Shown here piece by piece: positions 56,877 to 64,000 of a stretch of DNA of 64,000 bases (position 1 is the stretch's first letter; the number at the start of each line of letters is the position of its first letter). Position numbers and translations under genes: made by a program. Below the pieces are notes generated by a model. The model saw only the letters and a program-made list of their open reading frames with translations. It was not told where the DNA came from and searched no databases. The stretch is from the human T2T-CHM13v2.0 reference genome, Homo sapiens: NCBI RefSeq assembly GCF_009914755.1, contig NC_060926.1. One strand, 5' to 3'.

Positions 56877-57019
56877 TCCACAGAAAAGCATGCTCTTACA
56901 CAGTCGGGATACATCCTGCTGTTGTCTGCAAACAGCTTGCGTTTACAGGGAGCAACAGCACCATCTCTGGCTGAGTCAGGCCCATCTGCCTTCAGAACAG
57001 AGCCTGGCCAAGGGGCCAC

Positions 57020-57590
57020 CTCCCCGCGCGGGACAGGCCAGCACACAGTAGGCGCTCAAGGAGCCGGGGACAGAGGCGAGGGCGGCCCACTCGTGGAGCG
57101 AGGGCGACACCCAGTGGCCATGTGGAAAATGACCTGCTCGAGCCCAAAGGCGGGTGGCAGCAGCGTCTGATCCGCCAGCCTCAGGCCAGGAGGCGGTGGC
57201 CGAGTCCGATTTGAGTCCCATGTCCTCTGGACTGCAAGTTGAGACTCCCGGTCCCAGGAGGGACAGCAAGGCCTTCTCCACCTTCACAGGCCATCTGACT
57301 ACCTGCGCAGCTGTTTAAAGAGCAAACCGCGCATGAGTTAGGCCGCTTGGCCCTCCCATTCAGACCCCTCAGGTCGCCTGTGGACAGCCTGGCTCACCCT
57401 CTAAGAGCCTTCCTGCCCGCCCTGGGAACACACACCGCAGGGTCCAGGGACTGGCGTCAGGGGCAGAGCGAACTCAGCGCCACCTGGGCTCCAGGCCAGG
57501 CTCTGCTCCAGGACTGGCCCCTCCCCGATTCCCATCCCTGAAGCCAGGGCCACTGGGGTTATAGTGAACCGCTTCTGAGGACACGTGCAG
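57020..57590. promoter_or_regulatory. CpG-rich patch, candidate regulatory element
   Basis: High GC and many CpGs in non-Alu sequence. Confidence 0.5.
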
Positions 57591-57600
57591 CTAAGGGTGA

Positions 57601-57945
<345 letters not shown>

Positions 57946-59014
57946 TAAGCCATTTGTCTTCAAGACCCCAAGCCTTGATATCAGACAGCTGGGTTCAAAT
58001 CCGATCTCTGCCCCGCCCAGCTCTGCAGCCTCGGGAAATTCTCTATGGGGCCTTTCCTCTCTTGGGTTACCACGGAGATTCGATGATGGCAGGTGCTTAA
58101 AGCTCCCCACGTGGTACCTTTCCCATAACAGGTGCTCAGTGGTCGCGGGCTCTTCTTTAGCTTTGTCTGCATATCAGCACGACAGAAAACAGCTGCACCG
58201 TATCTCAGGCAGCCCCAGGTATGTGGAACTAAGTGATCAAAATCAGAGACATCTGCCTCTGCTGTTCTGCAAAGCCTCTGCCCTTCCTCTCACACAGCCC
58301 TGATCACACCCCCACGCCAAAACATACACGTGCAAGCTGCCCAGGGCCCCTTGCTGACTGCCTCAGGGTCAAGTTCACACCGATCCCCCCACCACCAGCA
58401 CAATTATCCAGCCTGGAACCCCAAGTATCCATCCTAGAAGCTGCTGTCCCCTGTTGCCCTCATCCCCACCCCTCCAGCCGCCTAGAGAAGACTGGGAAAG
58501 CCCAGAGAAGAGCAGGGCAGGCCCCTCTACTTGTTCCCTTACTCAGGCAGGTCCAAGGCAGGGCCCTGGAGCCCAGGGACAGAGGACAGGGAGGGTCCTA
58601 GGCCCACCCAGCTCAGAAGCTCAGTGGAGAGGAAGGAAGGGCTCAAGAAGCTAGAAGGATGCGGTTGTTACTACCTTCGACAGAACCAACAAACCAAGCT
58701 CAGAGCCAATTCTTAGGCAGAGTGTGTCAAGTAAATCTTACTTTCAAGCCCTGGGAAGATGTACCCTCATGCTAGCGGTGGGGGTGGGCATTCCTGTTGT
58801 ACTAGGGGCTGTGACCCCTCCCAAGACCCAGCCTTACAGTATGGCTGCAGAACTACCCCTCCCACTAAGTGTCCTCATCCTCCCTCAGCCACAGCCTGAG
58901 ATGAGCCTGCAGGGCCTTTCCACTCAGTGACTTTAGATAAGCAGAAACAGAGGCCTGGAGAGTTTAGGGGAATTGCCCAAAACCACAGAGCGAGTAAGTG
59001 GTAGAAGCAGGTGA

Positions 59015-59790
59015 AATTGTTTAACATTATTTTATTTGACCCAGTATATCTAAAATATTATCATCTTGACACAATATGAAAATGTTAGAGGTACTTTACA
59101 TTCTTTTATTTATACTAACTCTTAAAAATCTGGTATATATTTAACACTTAACAGCCCATCTCAGTTTGGGTGCTAAATTTTCATTGAAAATACTTGATCT
59201 GTATTTAGATTTCATAAACTTTGCAGTGGCAGATTCACATACTTTAAATGTGAATTTGTTGTTCCAAACAAAGTGTTCACATGAAGTGTGAGTTCATTTC
59301 ACCCACTCCACTGCCGTACTTTAAAATTTTTTAGTAACTGAATTGTTGGCTTTGGGTTTGTTGTTGTTGTTGTTGTTTTTGGAGATAGGGTCTTGCTCTG
59401 TCACCCAGGCTGGAGTGCAGTGGTGAGATCATAGCTCACTGCAGCCTTGACTTCCCAGGCTCAAGCAATCCTCCCACCTCAGCTTCCTGAGTAGCTGGGA
59501 CCACAGGCATGCACCACCATCCCCAGCTATTTTTTTTTTTTTTCTATTTTTTTGTAGACATGAGGTCTCACGATGTTGTCCAGGTTGGTCTTGAACTCCT
59601 GGGCTCAAGTGATCCTCCCACCTGGGCCTTCCAAAATGCTGAGATTGTAGGCGTGAGCCACTGTGCCCAGCCAGTATTTTTTATTTTAAATGAATTCAAA
59701 TGAGAAATTCAGTTCCTCAGTAACACTGGTGACACTTCAAGTGTTCAGTAGTTGCATATGCTAGTGTCTATCAGTGGACAAGCTAGCACT
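59015..59790. mobile_element. Charlie5/MER33-like hAT remnant, interrupted by AluJ
   Basis: TTTATTTGACCCAGTATATCTAAAATATTATCAT and MER3-type end AATTCAGTTCCTCAGTAACACTGG. Confidence 0.7.
59345..59672 (-). mobile_element. AluJ
   Basis: GATCATAGCTCACTGCAGCCTTGAC...CTCCTGGGCTCAAGTGATCCTCC. Confidence 0.9.
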
Positions 59791-59857
59791 AGATCTTTTT
59801 GCAGAATCCTTAAATGAGACCATACCCAGCTATACAGCACTTAGAAATCCATGTCTT

Positions 59858-60318
<461 letters not shown>

Positions 60319-60768
60319 TCATGTAGCCACTACCCCTAAAGAGGCAACACTTGTAAAGCATCCATGGAGTAAAACAAGTCTGCACATCTCAACAACTCAA
60401 GGGCACTAAGCAAAGACCATGGAGCTGCAGCAACAGGATGCTATTCAGACTGTTAGGAGGCCCACACATAACTCATTTGAGAGCACAAGGTTAATAAGTG
60501 GCAGAGCCAGAACTAGAGCCTAGGTCCTTGCACTCACGGTCTGAGCTCATCAGTGTGTGAGCTCACTTCACCCACTCCATTCCTACAGCTACAGAGTTCC
60601 CCGTGGAAGTCTCAGTTGCACACCAGAGAGGCATCTGGGGGAAAATGTTCCACCTGGTCTCATGGCCTAGGAGACAAAGAACCCTGGGTTAGGATCTCAA
60701 CTCTGGACTTAGTAATGACCCTGAATAAGCCTGGGCCCTCATGTCCTTCCCACCTGCAAAATGGAGGC

Positions 60769-61247
60769 TGTATCCCTGTTCTAGGCCCTCTGCAACAAAG
60801 CATCACAAACTTGGTGACTTCAAACGACAGAAATTTATTCTCTCCCAGTTCCGGAGGCCAGAAATCTGACACCAACTTGTGGAAAGGGCCTCCAAAGCCT
60901 CGAGGAATCTTTCCTGGCCTCTTCCAGCTTCTGGTGAATGCAGGTGTTCCTTGGCTTGCGGCAGCAGAACTCCAGTCTCTGCTTCTGTCTTCACATCACT
61001 GCTGTCCACTCTTCTATCCCAAGTCTCCTTCTGCCTTTCTCTTAAAAGAACACTTACATTGGATTTAGGATCCACCCAGATAATCCAGGATGAACTCTTC
61101 TTCTCAGACTCCCAATTACTTCTGCAAAGGCTATGTTTCCAAATAAGGTCACATTCACAGGTTCTAAAGGTTAGGTAATGAACATATCTTTGTGGCAGAA
61201 TTGGGGTGGAGGGGAGCGGAGGGAGGCTCACGGTTCAACCCATGGTA
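60769..61247 (-). mobile_element. MLT1B/C-like LTR
   Basis: AAACGACAGAAATTTATTCTCTCCCAGTTCCGGAGGCCAGAA and TTTCCAAATAAGGTCACATTCACAGGTTCT. Confidence 0.85.
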
Positions 61248-61289
61248 AGGAGTTTGGACCACGTGAATTCCAGGTCTCACTCAGCTCTG

Positions 61290-62050
61290 AAAACATACAA
61301 AAATGGCAAAGGGCAACTATCTCTACCACATAAAGAATACATCCAAGTGCCTCAGGTCAACATCAACATCCCAAGAAGTAAATGGACAGTTCACACATAC
61401 AATTAGAAGATGCTCTAATTAGCAAGCAGACACACGTGGGAGTTTTGCCTTTCTAACGTCAGAGAGATGCAAACTAAAAAATTTGTTTAATCTCAGAAAA
61501 CTAAAACCAAATGCTGGCAAGGATGTGATGGAACTGAGACTTAAACATGGATCTGCCATTTATTCCCTGGGACTGGCTCAGGGTAGGCACTTATTGATTT
61601 GACTTGCCGATGGATGGTTAATTGGCAAAACTCTTTGGGGGGAAACTGTGGCAACATATTCCAAGAACCTTGAAAATAAAGATGGCTATTGGCTGAAAAT
61701 TCCTCATCTGTACTGAGAATTTATCCTAAGGAAATCATCCTTGTGAACAAATATTTGTCTCAGCATTATTTATAACATCTAAATAGTGCAAACAACCTAA
61801 GCCTTCAAGAGAATGGGAACAATTCTGCACAGAAGTTCCGCAGCCGTGAAAGTGATGTTAAAACCGGGAGAACAGATAAGGCTAGTTGAATAAATCGGGA
61901 CCACTGAGGAGGAGGCAGGGGAGGTTTAGGGGTGCCAGCAATACTTCGCTGTGGGTGATCAAGAACATGATGTGATTGCTGTAGAATCACTTCCTTAAAC
62001 TGTGCATTTGTATTATGTATTTTTTATGCTTAAAACACATTTTAAGAAAA
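61290..62050 (+). mobile_element. Old L1M (L1ME-like) 3' fragments
   Basis: AAATGCTGGCAAGGATGTG and GAGAATTTATCCTAAGGAAAT motifs. Confidence 0.55.
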
Positions 62051-62139
62051 ACCGAAGATTTTATTTTTTCTTTTTAACAGCTGAATCCAAGAATCCTAGG
62101 ACACTCTTAATTTGTCCCAGAAGTGTGAAGTCCACCTAG

Positions 62140-62930
62140 GGCATAGCCGTGAAGGGCTCCCAGAACTGTACGGGGAATTTTGAGGCTGGGGTACCGCAGT
62201 GAAGTGCAGCTCACCCGGGCGGAGCGCACCTGACCTGGCTTCCACACCTGGTGGAGCGCCTGGGAGGCCTCGCGGATAAAGCCCCGGGCAGCGCGTGACC
62301 CGCCCCAGCCCAGTAGTGGAGTCCCCGCCGCGGGCCCCTTGCTTGCAGGGTAGGTGTGGCCCGGTCGTCCCACTCTCCGCCCCCTCCTGCTCCTCCTCGC
62401 CGTGCCCAACCCGCCCGCTTCTCCTGCCTAGGCTCTTCTTTCTGCTCCTGTCGCCATGGCCCCGGCCTCGGCGCTCAAGCGACCCTCTCGCTCCGCCCAG
62501 GTCAGTGAAGGATGGGATGCAAGTGCCCGCCAAGCCCCCCGTTTCCCACGTGGAGTTCCCACAGGGCAGCAGGGAGGGGCCGCGCCTTCTCTAACTGACC
62601 CGAACCGACCCGGGCTTCACAGGCTTCGTGGAGAGCAGCTGCCCCGCCGGCATCTTCCGGATGAGGCTCTCTAGACAACAAAGCCTTCTACGCGGAAGTT
62701 ACTGGTGACAGGGGAAGGACTCATGGGTTTTTGCAGCCCGGTGTCCCCAAAACAACCTCCTGACCCCCAGCCCACCCAGGTTCCCTGCTAGCCCGCCCAA
62801 CCCAGAAAGACTGGCCTGCCTGGGGTCCAGCAAGGATACAGAATCGCGCAGCTGCCCCCCACAGCCTGCCGCCCAGCATCGGTTCTCCCACCCATCTGCC
62901 TGTCCCCACCCGCTATGAGACGCCCTGGGT
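62140..62930. promoter_or_regulatory. CpG island / probable promoter, no coding exon recognised
   Basis: Dense CpG; GC boxes (GGGCGG about 62217, CTCCGCCCC about 62374); E-box CACGTG 62547-62552; ETS cores at 62654 and 62693; candidate donor CAG|GTCAGT at about 62500. Confidence 0.8.
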
Positions 62931-64000
62931 CTGCTTCCCTGGGACCAGCCCTCAGCGTTGCCTTAAGTGATTCTGGTGCCAGGGACTCTGAGGACCCCCA
63001 GGCTCCTCCAGGCTGGCAGGTGACCATACTCCTTCCACTGCAGACCCCTGGATGCCCAGCTGCCGCACCTCCCGTGGCCCCACGCTGTGGCTACGTGTTG
63101 TCTGAAGACGCCTGGGGAAACCTTCAGGGCCTCTGTACTGGCCTGTCATGTGGTCAACCAGGTGAGCAAGCTTCTGAGATGCCCTTGTTCAATTGCCCAG
63201 GAAACAGGTGTCCAAGATTCATATGGAAGAAATCTGGCCCTGCCCTCAGCACTGAGGACATTTGGGGAATCCAGCATCCCCTCCTGGATGCAGATCGCTT
63301 CCGCCTGGCACAGGCTGTCTTCACAGCTGCAGAGTCCTCTTGTGTCTAAGAACAGAGACCACAGTTCCATCTTTGCCTTGCCAGGATTGACCTCTAATGA
63401 ATAGATCACCTTTGTAAGGTGGACCAAAAAAAAAAAAAAAAAGAGCATTTCCAGGTGGCTGTAACTGACAGCTGGGAACTGCCAGAGTGTGGCAGGAGGC
63501 CCAAAGCTGTAGGAGTTTAGAGGAAGCCGCATGCAGGCACCTTGCGCTCAGATGAGGCATGGGGTAGAACTGCAGATGAGAGCAATCAGAAGGAGACTCG
63601 TGGGATAGCAGGGTTTAACCTGGCTACGATGTCAGCAAGGTGGACGGGGAGACTGGGGCCCCAGCTATGCCTGGATTTAGGGGTTCAAAGGTATAGGGAG
63701 CTAGCAGGAGCACTTCAACAGAACAGAGGTGAGATTAGTGTCAGATCACTAAATCCTAAGTCTCTTCTGTGCATCTCTACCTGCTCTATTTCATCATGCT
63801 CCCTTCCCTGCACACCTCCAGCCGTCTGTCTACTAACAAGAGACCCGTACCTCAGTCCCACTGAGCCAGGTGGGACTGGGCCAAACCTCCCTATTTGATT
63901 CTTGCCTCATCTTCCCTGGGACTTCGGTGCTTTCTTGCCCTTCTTCCAGGATAATAGATGGTTTTCCCTCAGTGTGAACATCGAGGTGTCTGGGTTCATG

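Noticed and set aside
60553-61231. 171-aa and 142-aa ORFs
   Set aside because: MLT1 LTR sequence

Overview
Primate (almost certainly human) genomic DNA. It is repeat-rich and intergenic, with no spliced protein-coding gene that I can support. The only recognisable cellular gene sequence is a processed copy of CISD1 (mitoNEET) at about 19758-20479. Its 108-codon ORF is still open and keeps all four 2Fe-2S ligands. From memory this would be CISD1P1 on 2p24.1, which I have not verified. The copy sits inside an old L1, about 0.6 kb downstream of a same-strand ERV1 (MER66-like) solo LTR that is itself nested in Tigger1. The rest is a dense TE record: an ERVL 5'LTR-gag remnant, MLT2/MST/MLT1 LTRs (several with readable TSDs), hAT-Blackjack/MER94, Charlie5, L2, about 11 Alus and a twin-primed 5'-inverted L1PA2. 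A CpG island/promoter lies at about 62.1-62.9 kb and a smaller CpG-rich patch at about 57 kb. The least explained signal is a set of short, near-identical, locally copied segments between 28.9 and 47.8 kb: 78-bp direct, 87-bp tandem, 89-bp inverted with a stuttered junction, 37-bp direct and 22-bp palindromic. They look like templated-insertion repair scars. I cannot support a new biological system here. The best leads are the possible LTR-driven CISD1 retrogene and these templated copies. Repeat subfamily names come from recall of consensus sequences, not from a search.
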